Below are positions 12,801 to 21,967 of a stretch of DNA of 64,000 nucleotides, one piece after another. Source of the DNA: Neovahlkampfia damariscottae (taxonomy: Eukaryota); contig JABLTG010000117.1 in assembly GCA_016618085.1 (NCBI GenBank), positions 1-64,000 of the forward strand. Reading direction: 5' to 3'. Positions within the stretch are counted from its first letter, which is position 1, and every line of letters starts with the position of its first letter. A program made the position numbers and the translations under genes. The notes beneath the pieces are model-generated. The model was given only the letters and a program-made list of their open reading frames with translations. It was not told the DNA's origin and searched no databases.

Positions 12801-13583
12801 TGTTGCTGTTTTTGTATCATCTCCATCTGTAACTGAAAATGTACCAACATCAGCAGGTTTAGTTGTTGTTTTGATATCAATTCCTGTTTCAGCATTTGTG
12901 AATCCAGTATTTGGTGTATAGCTAATTGTTTTTTTGTCAGCTGAAATTGTTAAAACACCATTAGCTGGTTGTTGTGTAATAGCAACAACAGTCATGTCAT
13001 CAAAATCAATATCTTGAGCTTTCTTTCCAGATAAATCTGCATCACTAAAAACGTTAGCGACATTGTTTTTTGTATTCATTGGAACATTGTATACTAAGTT
13101 AACTGGTTCTGGTGCGTGATTTGTAACAACGACAGTAACATTAGTTGTAGCTTCTAATTTTGAATTTTTGACAGAGTAAGTGAATTCGACTGTACCTTTG
13201 AAATGTTGACCTGCTTTACCCATATTTTGTGGTGTATAGGTAAGGAAATTGCCAGGATCTATTTCTACGGTACCAAATAGCGGTTGTGTGACTTTACTAA
13301 TTGCTAATGCGCCTCCTTTTGGATCAGCATCGTTAATAAGAACGTCCATTTTAAGTGTGTTTGATTTTGTTGTAATATACTCATCTGGTTTAAGAGATGG
13401 TGGTGAAAATGAGGATGTTGTAGCGACAACAATTACGGTTAATGTTGTAGCTGTAAGCGCCATTGAAGCAAAAGTAGCTCCGAGGATAACTTGAACCATA
13501 GGTCCTAATTTAACTAATGAAAAGTTAAGTCCTGTGGAAGCATTTGAAGAAGTTGCTGTTAAAATGCCAGCTTCGGTCGTCAT
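6828..13583 (-). CDS. Giant type II membrane adhesin: N-terminal TM anchor, ~20 cadherin-like/bacterial Ig (tandem-95, Big_9-type) repeats, C-terminal vWA domain
   Basis: Intronless ~2250-aa ORF from ATG 13583. Hydrophobic segment near the N-terminus, ~95-aa repeats starting NxAPVAxDD with DVLANDSDxDGD and YTP, and vWA MIDAS motifs DSSGS, T (GWTGT) and VLTDG. Confidence 0.88.
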   Translation of the reverse strand: MTTEAGILTATSSNASTGLNFSLVKLGPMVQVILGATFASMALTATTLTVIVVATTSSFSPPSLKPDEYITTKSNTLKMDVLINDADPKGGALAISKVTQPLFGTVEIDPGNFLTYTPQNMGKAGQHFKGTVEFTYSVKNSKLEATTNVTVVVTNHAPEPVNLVYNVPMNTKNNVANVFSDADLSGKKAQDIDFDDMTVVAITQQPANGVLTISADKKTISYTPNTGFTNAETGIDIKTTTKPADVGTFSVTDGDDTKTATLSYYVTNEPPVANPDSFVDQPKNVILKGLDLLANDVDANGDDLTITSVNSQVGYVEISADKKTVDYYPVPGVANDVFEYSISDGVLSSQSFVSIGIKNQAPTAGTLNVDIVKNSKDNVLAITYDDADPFTTLTVSVSQAPAQGSFSLSSQSQQVTSQYLTGFDKDITYTKNTYTLTYTPATGKLYTDVLQYTVSDGEKSTVGIVNINVINTAPVAVADTASTEKNVKKTINLIANDNDPNGDALKIKSVTQPTDGSVTVLSDSSVEFTPGANSIQTATFTYTVMDIQDDPSKSLTSTASVTVSISNTAPVAADDSFEVQRGSTTAFDVLANDSDANGDALTITLSSAQSAAGVPISVVGGKVQYTALTGAPYTDTFKYKANDGSLDSNEATATIVVKNTAPVAVDDNFSLKWNTQKTLDVLANDSDLNGDDLSIVFTSNPTSGTITVNSKKTITYTPTASFVGTDSFTYKVSDGIDESNVATVTLSVTNTAPVAVDDTYTGHHFNTAKVYDVLANDSDADGDAITIKSITQPTNGVVVVEGSKLKFTATSVVGVQTFQYTITDGHSDATATVSVTVSNTAPVANADSAFVHWKNAAGVQINVLDNDVDADLDALSVVSFVAPTKGSVSQAGNVLTYIPDGSSKGDVTFQYTITDGSAQASATVTVTVTNKNVPSTSDESHTIHWRTTPTISAVTTSGTDGDGDSLDVTASSPAHGVATKSTDGSGGVSFSYAQSAAYKGLDSYQVTISDGLDSAVKTVSFTITNAAPVAKSYSVYLHPANFAAGLTFNVAADGSDSDSADASQLTVKSITAAPTKGSAVLQNGNTQIKYTPTDGQVGIDTIKYKLTDGLDESTEATISIDLLEATLSFKTYTTHWKQSSSTGKVYFVTENIKDQIDSKTLHLTSITSNPTSGTVTFEAAEVLDDTSARVYRVNYKSNTGFVGSDTFKLEMKNSDGSVTTELTVQVTVTNAIPTANDISTTLHWATASKELAILTGSADADTEDTVVYDSHVNPTCGTVTESAGKLTFTNKSPAVLGACSFNFVVTDGLAKVTKTATVNVQNNAPVASAQTFNIHWTQHKAGFAMNLVAGATDADGDSITLSSVSALSDTSAGTLSKTSTSATLLANTPSSFVNKAVSFSYTLTDGIQTVTKLVTVNVNNNAPVAVDDTLSITGKAPQVPVEIDVLANDKDADQPTYDATLSIKSFSYSGTGSVSKSGNKLSYTPAAGFVGSESISYVATDGMSDSNTATVSITVSNSAPNAVADFAATHWKNSVAITPLTNDNDAENNTPLSLDSITQNPTSGTVSVSGSTVTYTPKAALTYTGTDGAKKTVVETFKYKVKDTYGLSAIGTVSVTVSNTPPVAVDQTLSFSKTTANPTKTIDVVAAASDADGDSLSIQSISYTSGNGAAVSISAGKIDYKPASSFRGVDVVNFVITDGQLTASGQITITVTNEAPTCTGFSKTIDKRTAYTYNLLTEGSASDPNGDALTVQLDASNDYSKAEVVVLSSSSVKVTSKARRSGTFTFKYRVSDGLLTSAYQTVTITINNKAPVAVTDTFGAIRVYDASHTIDVLANDSDPDADDSLSLVSVTIANNAAGTVSISGNKVIFNPANDFKSTTTATYVVKDNDQDNSKQSSGTINLSISNVSPTVGDDSFKVDMNTPAVISIASLLENDVAPAGMSLVFDSLVACNTLDNSVYCVDGLEPALNSPSSGYITVSYKQNSCRENKFKYCVHADKLPNDKVCGTVSVKYQNCVCSGKVDVVFALDSSGSMSWDDWRTQVDFSRNISIAISADAAKSGDIRVGLVQYGSYSSEIFGLSTYGNSIKNKFDDLKNNHQRGWTGTLDGLNKAIGMHDGTGTRKAIPKVLVVLTDGVANRPCSCSSKCDYYGSSPCSQCKSCNWDPPNHMCQPCASPVPRAVQVNSWKKSSGSSADWKVVAMGLGNDMNNYNSLGWNIIKGMNYDPSQTLLVKFENLAKATQSIVDEICSVSY

Positions 13584-14011
13584 CTGTGCTTTGTATGAGA
13601 ATAATGAAAAATTAAACAGCAAAAATAAAGTTATATTATTGGTGGAAAATTACTCGGGATTCTTCCCATTGGTCTTTCTTCCACCATCAATCAGGTCAAT
13701 CAAAAATTGGTTGAATCTTCAACTTCAGTTTGCAAATCAGGAAATCTAAATTCACTTATTCGGTATTTTTGTTTGCCATTTTAAAAAGACCTAACTTTCC
13801 TGGCAATATTTCCAACCGATTTTTCAAGTGAGAGTTCCAAGTTAATAATTTCTTGAAACTGAATTGAGTATTTGAAACTGGATTTGAAATACTGATGCAG
13901 TAAAAACACCAACTCCATGAAGGATTTTACTTCAAATATGATATGTTTTTTTTCCATAAAATTTATCTGATCAAAAAAAGTTATAATTTTATACTTTGAT
14001 TCTTGAAACTT

Positions 14012-15983
14012 TTATTCCTCTTTTTTCAATTTTTCCAACAGATTTGAGGCTGCATTTATTTGAGCTTCTTTTTTTGAGTTTGTGGCTTCACCATGAGCTG
14101 AAATTGGAGTGCCTGGAACATAAACATTTACAGAAAACACTCTTCCACTTGAATTCTTTTTCGAAAAATTTTCATTGTCCTCATAAACCTTTTTGAGTTT
14201 AGAAAATTAATTTTTTTTTTTTAGAAATTACAGGATTGACTTTATAGAGCTTTTGTACCATCAAATTTAACTAAATATTCCATTTTCAAAACTTAATTTT
14301 TTCAACTTACTGTTGTTTTAGAATTGTCTGAAGTAGGTAATCTTTCAAGGTTCATTTCTCTTGGTCTTTTTTTCATTTGAAATTTCAAATCATTTCCTTC
14401 AGTTTGTTTGAAAGTATCATCATAATTGTATATCTTTGTAAATCGAAATTTATTGAACTTGAAACTAAATATTCTGAAATTGTCTCTTGTGGCAAGCATC
14501 ACCTGAAAATGAAAATAAGAAAAAAAAACAAGATACGTTTGTCATTGAAAATTCTTTGTTTTCCAACAGTACATCATCTAAAATCTTAATGAAGAAAAGT
14601 TGTTAATTTTTTTTTTTTGATTTTTACAGAAATGGTAATGTTTGGTTTTTCGTCTTTCAAAGTAGAGTATAATCTTTTTATGGTGAATAAATGAGTACAA
14701 ATTATGAGGATATTTTTTGATTTTTCCAATTTTCCTTCCAGCATTGAATATAATTTGACTAAACGATTTGGAGTTGTAACTTCTTTGATTTCTGACATTT
14801 GTTTTTGGATGAATGAATTAATTTTTTCAAAATGAAACACTTGAAGATTCAAATATTTTTCATAAACTTTAAATCCAACGTTAATTTTTTTTTTTTTTTT
14901 AACTGAATTTTGGAGACTCTTGATGCATCATCATCAAACCTGAAAAGTGGAAATGATTTAATAAATAATAAATACCTCTATTTAAATGACGCAAATCTTG
15001 ACAGAATTGTTTTTTTTGAAACTCTTTTTTCAAAGAAAAAAAATACACCAAATCTGAAATAAAAACCTTTGGTTGAAATATGTAAATCATAATCTTTTTT
15101 TATAACTTACATCATAATTCAATGTACCTTTCTCATATCCTTGGAAAAGTTGAAAATTAATATTTGAATTTTTTTCTACAAGTTCTGTGAGTTTTAATAA
15201 ATCTTGGAATTCTTTTGAGTCTTCAAATTCAAAATAATGATTTATACTTTTAGATAATTTTGGTTCAAATGATGAACAACCGGCTTCATTACAAAGAAAT
15301 TCATTCACTCTTTTTTCTTGAAAATGAAAAGAGCAACCTAACAGAGGACAAATGTTTGAATTCTTTTGTAAAATATAAGTCAATAACTCATCAGAAATAA
15401 ACTCAAAATCATATAAAATCTGTCAAAAAAAATTTAGAAAAAAACTTCTTCTTACTACAAGATCAAAGTTTGAAAATGAAAATTCAATTTTTTCCATCCA
15501 GTATTTTGAAAGTTCACAAGACATAAAAATAACATCCTTTGATGAAATTTCCCTGATAAAGTCATTATCTTTGTTTGTTAAGAAACCAAGACGTGATCTA
15601 ATTTGATGACTTTCAAAAAACATTTGAAGTAAATGAACACGGAGTTCACAATCACATATAATCAAAGCTTATAATAATGTTAATTGATGTTTGAAAAAAA
15701 AACTTTTTCCTTTTCTATGCTTTGTTGTTATTTTTTTGTTTTTTTTTTACGATAGAATATATGACTGAATTGTTGAATTCATGGAATAAATTTCACCAGT
15801 CCAAAAGAGGTTTTTTAGTTCTCTATTTGGATTTTTGACATTAGTCAAATTAGTTTTTTCTTCTGTTTGTATTTTTGAACTTAGTTTTGTGTTTTCTTTA
15901 ACCTCTTCTTCTTTGATAGAACTGTTTTCTACAGGTTCTTTTTTTATTTTTCTAACTGTTGGATATTTTTTTTCACTGTTCAT
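14012..15983 (-). CDS. Degenerate Dicer/RIG-I/FANCM-like SF2 helicase fold with C-terminal dsRBD, 10 exons, ~540 aa
   Basis: Manual splicing of nine 35-44 nt introns gives one frame: KGKTLIICD (Ia), LVILYDFE (II), PLLGCS (III), TTPNRLVKL..NILIICT (IV), VMLAT and IYNYD. It ends KTTLNLMVQK..PVY..FSVNVYV..AHGEATNSKKEAQINAASNLLEKL* (dsRBD pattern). Confidence 0.6.
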
Positions 15984-16050
15984 TTTTTTTTTTTGTTTTG
16001 GATTTTTGGAGCTTCATTTCATTGGTCGATTCTCTGCACCTTAACAAACG

Positions 16051-16868
16051 ATGAGCAAAACCAAAAATAACAGTAAGCTTTATTATTCAAATGAATATAA
16101 TAGTACCAATGAAAGTAACCATTTTGGGTGGTGGTGGAGTTGGAAAGAGGTAAGAAAAATACAAAACTCGAAATTAAACTTCACTGATTAGTTCTTTGAC
16201 TCTACGATATATGGAAGATTCCTATGAAGATGGAGTAACTATTTATATCTCTAAATCATGTAGTATGATCCTACAATTGAAAATAATTTCAGCACAAAAA
16301 TAACAGTTGAAGGAGAAACTCAACAAGTTGATATTATAGATACAGCTGGACAAGATGAATACAGGGGTTTAATGGACTCTTGGATTAGAAGTTCAGATGG
16401 TCAATTTTTTTTTTTTTAACTTTTTTTTTAGCATTTATTTTTTGTTATGATATATCAGATGAAAAGTCACTTCATGAAATTGAAAAAATTATAAAACTGA
16501 CAAAAAAACATAAAGAAACTGAACTTGAAATCACTGGAAATCCATTTGTTCCTTCAATTTTGGTGGGTTGTAAATGTGATGCTGATGAAGAGTTCAAAAT
16601 ATCAAAAGAAAAAGGAAAAGCATTTGCCAAAGAACAATTATTCATAGAAACAGATCCAGATGATACTATTCCATATTTCTTTGAAACAAGTGCTAAAAAA
16701 AACATCAATGTTAATGAGGCTTTCGAAGCAGTCGTCAGAATTTATCTAAGAAAAGTAAAATATGTTGATAAGGTGTTATCAAAAAACACAACTGGAAAAA
16801 AGAAAAAGAAAGGATTGTTCTCTTCATTATCAACAAAAGATGATGTTGAAGATGAAATAAATATTTAA
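16051..16868 (+). CDS. Ras-family small GTPase lacking CaaX, 5 exons
   Basis: GGGGVGKS, YDPTIE, DTAGQDEY, VGCKCD and ETSAK after removing four 29-42 nt introns. Polybasic KKKKK precedes an acidic C-terminus. Confidence 0.9.
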
Positions 16869-17064
16869 GGTTGATTTGCCAATTCAAATTTTCAGACAAA
16901 TCCAAACATACCAACCATACATTAAATATTGTTTCATATAGTAGTGTAAAAAAAATATACTTTTAGAATTCAAATAAAACAACTTTTAGTGTATTATTTT
17001 TTGTCCAATCGGAATTTAACAACCTGCATTTTTTTTTTGCACAGAGAAAGAAGGAAAATACCAA

Positions 17065-19236
17065 ATGAAAAGAAAATTTAGTATAGATAAAAAAGAAAAG
17101 AAAAAAAGAAAAAAAAATAAATTCGGTGATGAAGATGACAAATCTGTTGATTTTTTAACAAAAAAAAAAAAAGAATTAGAAGAAGGTTATGAAAGTCAAA
17201 GTGATGACTCAGACACAAATACATCAGATTCAGATTCAAATTCAGATTCAGATTCAGATGAAACTGACTCAGATGAAGAACTATTTGATGAAGATGCTTC
17301 AGATTTTGATGAAGAAGAACAAAATTTATTGGACAATATAATGCTTTCCGATTCCGATTCTGAAAGTGATACCAATTCAATTAGAAGTGGTTCTGGTTCT
17401 GATGAGTCTGGCTCGGACTCAGAAAGTGACAGTGATTCTGATTCCGACAGTGATAGTGATGATGACATGTTTAATACAACTCCTTCTACAGATAAAAAAA
17501 CATTGATTGAACAAATCAATGAATATGATATAAATCAAAGCTCTGTTTCTTCTATCACACCTGAATTAATGAAAGATAAAGAAGTTTTATGTGCATTGGC
17601 CTCAACTTCAATGATTAACTTTGATTCATTACCAGAAGAATTTAAAGAAGACCCAGATATTTTATTAAGTTTATTAGAAGCAGATTACTCTTTTTCAAAG
17701 AAAATACCAGAAAAAATTTTTCAAGATCGAGATTTTTCGATCAAAGCTTTACAAGCAGGTGTGAAATTAAAATACATCCCAAAAGAATTTTTGAAAGATG
17801 AAGAGATTTCAAGAATTGCAATTGAAGGACATGGTCAAAATGGAAAATACCTTGATGAATCATTCACAAAAAATGAAGAATTTATGCTATCTGGTATTAA
17901 GGAAACTCCAAAAATGTATTGCTATGTGGATAAGTCATTAAAACACAACTTTGACTTCAATATGAAAGCTATTGAAAAAAATGGGGAAGTATTAAGATAT
18001 TTACCAAAGAATTACCAAAAAGATAAATTTATTGTGTTGAAATGTATTCAACAATCCATTTCGGCATATCATGAAATTGATCAAGAAATTAGAACAGAAT
18101 TATTAAAAGACAAGAAGTTTGTACTGGATGTGATCAAATGGAATCCTTTTGTTGCTGAAAATATCTCTTTGGAAATGTCCAAAGACAGAAAAATCGCCTA
18201 TGAAACAATTAGAAGAGATGGTGATTTGATTGAACATTTTGAGGAATTTCACAATGACAAAGAAATGGCATTGTTGGCATTAGATTCACAATCATCTTCC
18301 ATAATTCATTTAAGTGATGAGTTGAAGAAAGATAAGGAAATTGCTTTGAAGTTTTTTCAAAATTGTAATCTTGCTGAAATTGATCCAGATGACATTGAAC
18401 AAATCATTAACAACTTTGCAACAGACAAATCATTCATGTTTGAATTGATCAAAGCAAATTATGATGTAACTGATTATCTTTTTGAAAACGAAGAAACTTT
18501 GAAATATATTAATGAAGTAATTATCAAATTGCCAAGAACTTTGTTTTATTTGTTCAGTTTAGATACACCTTATTTGCAGCATCAGGTCACAATCAATCAT
18601 TTTAATTTGTTAAAAAAGATATTGCCAAATCATAACTTTTCAAAATATAAAAATATGGTAAACAAAAATGGGTATCTCAGAATAAGCAAAATTAAAGATA
18701 CAAAGATTTTGATGGATTTATTAAAGCTCAATGGTAAATTTCTTGAACTATTTAATGATTCAATTGTCACTGATGAAATGAAAATGCTTGCTTATTCCAA
18801 TGGCAAAAATATTTCGAGTTATGATGAAAATGATACTCCAAGGGAGTATATTCTTGCTGCTTTGAAATACTCAAAAGTAAATTTTGAATCTATTACAGAA
18901 GTTATTCGTTGTACTGATTTTGAATTAGCAAAAGAGATTGTTGAAATATATCCAAGAGGAATTTCAATGATGTTTGATGATCTGGATTTTGATGAAAAAA
19001 ATGCAATGGAACTACTTTTAAGAGCTTTTAAGAATGTAAATTTTTGTGAGAAGAAATTTGATGACTGTGGAAGTGTTGATGATTTTTTGATTGCTAGTTG
19101 TCTTTGGAGATCTCCTTTGTCTGTAAGAAAGGACGAAAGAATATTACCAATTATTTGGAGAAGAAGAGATTTTCATTTTAATTTGATGAAAAATGAAGAC
19201 TATGAAGATGTAATAATCAAACACACAAAAAAATAA
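17065..19236 (+). CDS. DUF4116-repeat protein with basic NLS-like start and Ser/Asp-rich N-terminal tract
   Basis: Repeats such as DKEIAL..F, AIEKNGEVLRYLPKNYQKDKFIVL and LSDELKKDKE; SDSDSD low complexity at 17200-17465. Confidence 0.75.
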   Translation: MKRKFSIDKKEKKKRKKNKFGDEDDKSVDFLTKKKKELEEGYESQSDDSDTNTSDSDSNSDSDSDETDSDEELFDEDASDFDEEEQNLLDNIMLSDSDSESDTNSIRSGSGSDESGSDSESDSDSDSDSDSDDDMFNTTPSTDKKTLIEQINEYDINQSSVSSITPELMKDKEVLCALASTSMINFDSLPEEFKEDPDILLSLLEADYSFSKKIPEKIFQDRDFSIKALQAGVKLKYIPKEFLKDEEISRIAIEGHGQNGKYLDESFTKNEEFMLSGIKETPKMYCYVDKSLKHNFDFNMKAIEKNGEVLRYLPKNYQKDKFIVLKCIQQSISAYHEIDQEIRTELLKDKKFVLDVIKWNPFVAENISLEMSKDRKIAYETIRRDGDLIEHFEEFHNDKEMALLALDSQSSSIIHLSDELKKDKEIALKFFQNCNLAEIDPDDIEQIINNFATDKSFMFELIKANYDVTDYLFENEETLKYINEVIIKLPRTLFYLFSLDTPYLQHQVTINHFNLLKKILPNHNFSKYKNMVNKNGYLRISKIKDTKILMDLLKLNGKFLELFNDSIVTDEMKMLAYSNGKNISSYDENDTPREYILAALKYSKVNFESITEVIRCTDFELAKEIVEIYPRGISMMFDDLDFDEKNAMELLLRAFKNVNFCEKKFDDCGSVDDFLIASCLWRSPLSVRKDERILPIIWRRRDFHFNLMKNEDYEDVIIKHTKK

Positions 19237-19416
19237 AAATTAAAATCATCAAAAGAGTGTTTCTCTTTTAACAATTAACAGCAATGAAAATCAAATTCTT
19301 TCCTTTGTGAAATGAAAATTCATTCATTTTTTGACCTGTTCCAATTCACAATTTCTTTTTAATTCATTTTATATCCAATGAATTTTTAAGCTTCATCAAA
19401 AATTTTTTTGTTTATT

Positions 19417-19574
19417 GCGGACAACACAAGGCTGTCCTCTGCCATAAATTATGATGCTCAGACTCCGCACGAAGGCAGAGTTGATACACAAACTCATGAA
19501 CGGAGTGCAATGTCACGTTGTTTGTATAAAAGTGTGAGATGCTTGATCCAAACACTTTTCATCCAGGTAAGTGC
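19417..19574 (-). ncRNA. U1: U1 spliceosomal snRNA
   Basis: Minus strand reads GCACUUACCUGG (5' splice-site pairing), stem I loop GAUCA, U1A loop AUUGCACUCC, Sm site AUAAUUUAUGG and 3' hairpin GGACAGC-CUUGU-GUUGUCC. Length ~158 nt. Confidence 0.93.
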
Positions 19575-19692
19575 TTTTGTCAAAGTTTTCAACAAATTTA
19601 TTGACTTACGAAGGATCAAAAAAAAAAAAAAATAATTTGGGTCTCATTCAAATAAACACCAACTTTCGAGATACTTACGATTTATTTGGAAT

Positions 19693-20328
19693 TCAATTCT
19701 TTTTACATCTCAATTTTCGATATAAAAACCAAAGTAGTTCTAAAAATAAGACAACAGGAATTGAAAGAAACAACAAAACAAAAATTGCTCGATTTCTTGC
19801 CCAAAATGTTTTTTCTTCTCTAGAACCTTTCTTTAACATCCAATTTTCTAATCTATATTTGTACAATTCACAGCAATCTTTAGTCAAACAATTTAACTTC
19901 CAATTTTCAATTTCTAAACTTACACCATCATTAAAGTAGTCGTGTTTGATAATCCAATTACATTCACGAAACATATATCTCCCAAATGAAATAACTGGAT
20001 GTTCAATAGGTTTACATTCTTTGTATAGAATTTTTTCCTTTTGTTTTTTTGTTAGTGCGGCCCAATTTTTTGTTTTGTATTTAATTTGGTATTTGACTTT
20101 AATTTTTTGTTCTCTACTTCCCTGTTCCATTTTGTAAATGTAAAATGGATCTAAATGTTCGACAAGTTTGGAAATATGGTTTTTCCAAAATTTTTTTTGA
20201 AGTGCTATTCTTTGAAAGTTTTTGGCTGTTTGTGAACAGATTCCAATTTCATAAGGTTGTAAATATGTCAGTATTTCATGAATCAAATCATCACACAAGA
20301 ACAAAGAATTGACCGTTGATTGATCCAT
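19693..20328 (-). CDS. F-box protein with C-terminal transmembrane helix
   Basis: LCDDLIHEILTYLQPYEIGICSQTAKNFQRIA..FWK F-box pattern; C-terminal AIFVLLFLSIPVVLFLELLWFLY. Confidence 0.7.
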   Translation of the reverse strand: MDQSTVNSLFLCDDLIHEILTYLQPYEIGICSQTAKNFQRIALQKKFWKNHISKLVEHLDPFYIYKMEQGSREQKIKVKYQIKYKTKNWAALTKKQKEKILYKECKPIEHPVISFGRYMFRECNWIIKHDYFNDGVSLEIENWKLNCLTKDCCELYKYRLENWMLKKGSREEKTFWARNRAIFVLLFLSIPVVLFLELLWFLYRKLRCKKN

Positions 20329-20881
20329 CAAACTGTATTGACCAATAAGATCAACTCGGGTAAATATCAATTCTCCACTTGATTTCAATTTCTCTCCCAA
20401 ATCTACCAGTTGACAATTATGCCATTTCACCGTCTTTTGCTTGAAAATAATTATAGATACTTTCCTTGTCCATTTTAAATCACTGGAAACATTGCTGAAC
20501 CTTATTACCCTGATATTTATTTTTCGACTCCTCAACAAATTTTAGTTGCTTTTTTTCATATTTTTACCTCATATGTTCAAATTCTTTGAGAGTTTCATGT
20601 AGAGTATCTTTTTTCATTTCAAAACCAGTAATTCAATGTTCAACTTCTGTTTTTATGGATGATTTGAAAGAATTCAAAGAATTGAATTTCGTGAAAGGAA
20701 TAGAATCACCTGAAATAAAAATGAAAAACCCAAAAACAGAAACTTTTAAAAAATGGGTAATCAATTATAAAATTGAAAATCAAATTGAATTAAAACGACT
20801 CTAATAGAATTTTGTTGCAAAAAACCCAAAAAATAAATTTATTCTTCAGAGTATGCCTTGAATAATATTGAAGATTTTAGT

Positions 20882-21936
20882 TTATCTGTTATTCCATACC
20901 ATTCCCTTTTCTTCTTCAAACTTTTGATGAAATTTATTCCAGTCAGTATTTTTTATTTTTTCGTTCCAATCAACTTCAGAATAAGAATCATAGTCAATTT
21001 CTTCTGATTTATGCGCTCCAAAAGATTCAATTTCCATACTATCTTTTTGAATTTCATCAAAATCTTCTTCATCTTCTAAATCCGAGTCTACATCCGGGTC
21101 TACATCAGAAATAGAGTTTCGGTTGTCATCTATAAGCGAATGCATAGAGTTATAAGATTTCATTACTAGGAAATTTTCCTTTTGTCTAAATTTTATATGA
21201 GATAAAACTTTTGTTGTATTCGTATCTTCTTTGATAGTTTTCGAACCCCTCCACCAACGAATTGAGAAAACAATGCTCTTGATTCTTTTCTGATATTCTT
21301 GAGGATACATACTACACTAACTTGCTCTCTGTCGAACCCTTCCAATAACTTGCCACACACCACAAGAATTTTAATTCTATACAAGATCTTTACCATTTGT
21401 TTGATGAATTTCCAAGTAATTACGATCAAGTCAGTACACAAACAAAATTTTGATATTGTTGAACTGTTGTCTAGGGTAATATATTGTTTTGGTAAAAGGT
21501 ACGTAATTTGTTTGGTCATAATATCTGAGGTGCGTAAAATCTGACTTTTTGATTTCTTCTTCGTTCAAATGTACAACTAAAACGGTTACTTTTGGAATAA
21601 CTTGATCATCTTTCAATTCTCTTCTATTTCCTTTGTAAACTGTTCCAATATTATTTCCTTGAAAAATTGATGCAAAACATTTCTTTGTTGTTCTTCCAAT
21701 CATGACTTTGGAGTGACAATATATTTTCTTTCCATCTTTCTTTCTATTTCATTGTTGATGAAAGCAACATGTTCTTGGACATCTTCAGCATTTTTTTGTT
21801 TAAATTCTTCAACTTCTTCCTTTGTTAAACCTAACACATCCAGAACCTCTTTCTCTCCTTCAGAACCTCGTTTATATTTTTTGGAGATTGGAATGCTTTT
21901 GGTGGAGGTTGGATTTGGTACCATAAAGTTGATCAA
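20882..21936 (-). pseudogene. Frameshifted ResIII-type SF2 helicase C-terminal domain
   Basis: IKILVVCGKLLEGFD (motif V, ~21331-21370) and LFSQFVGGGVRK (motif VI, ~21239-21270) lie in one frame. Flanking segments lie in other frames with stops. Confidence 0.6.
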
Positions 21937-21967
21937 TTTTCTTCACCCAATCAAATCGTTTGAGTCA

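Noticed and set aside
6950..13494. Numerous short alternate-frame and antisense ORFs (L/Q/M-rich)
   Set aside because: They are shadows of the biased codon usage of the adhesin gene; the same applies to those over the EGF repeats at 49476-52103.
17200..17465. TCAGAT-type tandem repeat
   Set aside because: It simply encodes the Ser-Asp low-complexity tract.
19408..19635. 75-aa plus-strand ORF
   Set aside because: It is the antisense of the U1 snRNA and starts with TTG.
21713..21967. Long N-terminal extension of zinc finger paralogue 1
   Set aside because: Non-ATG start, antisense to the helicase relic; the paralogues and the CCAAT position indicate ATG 21968.
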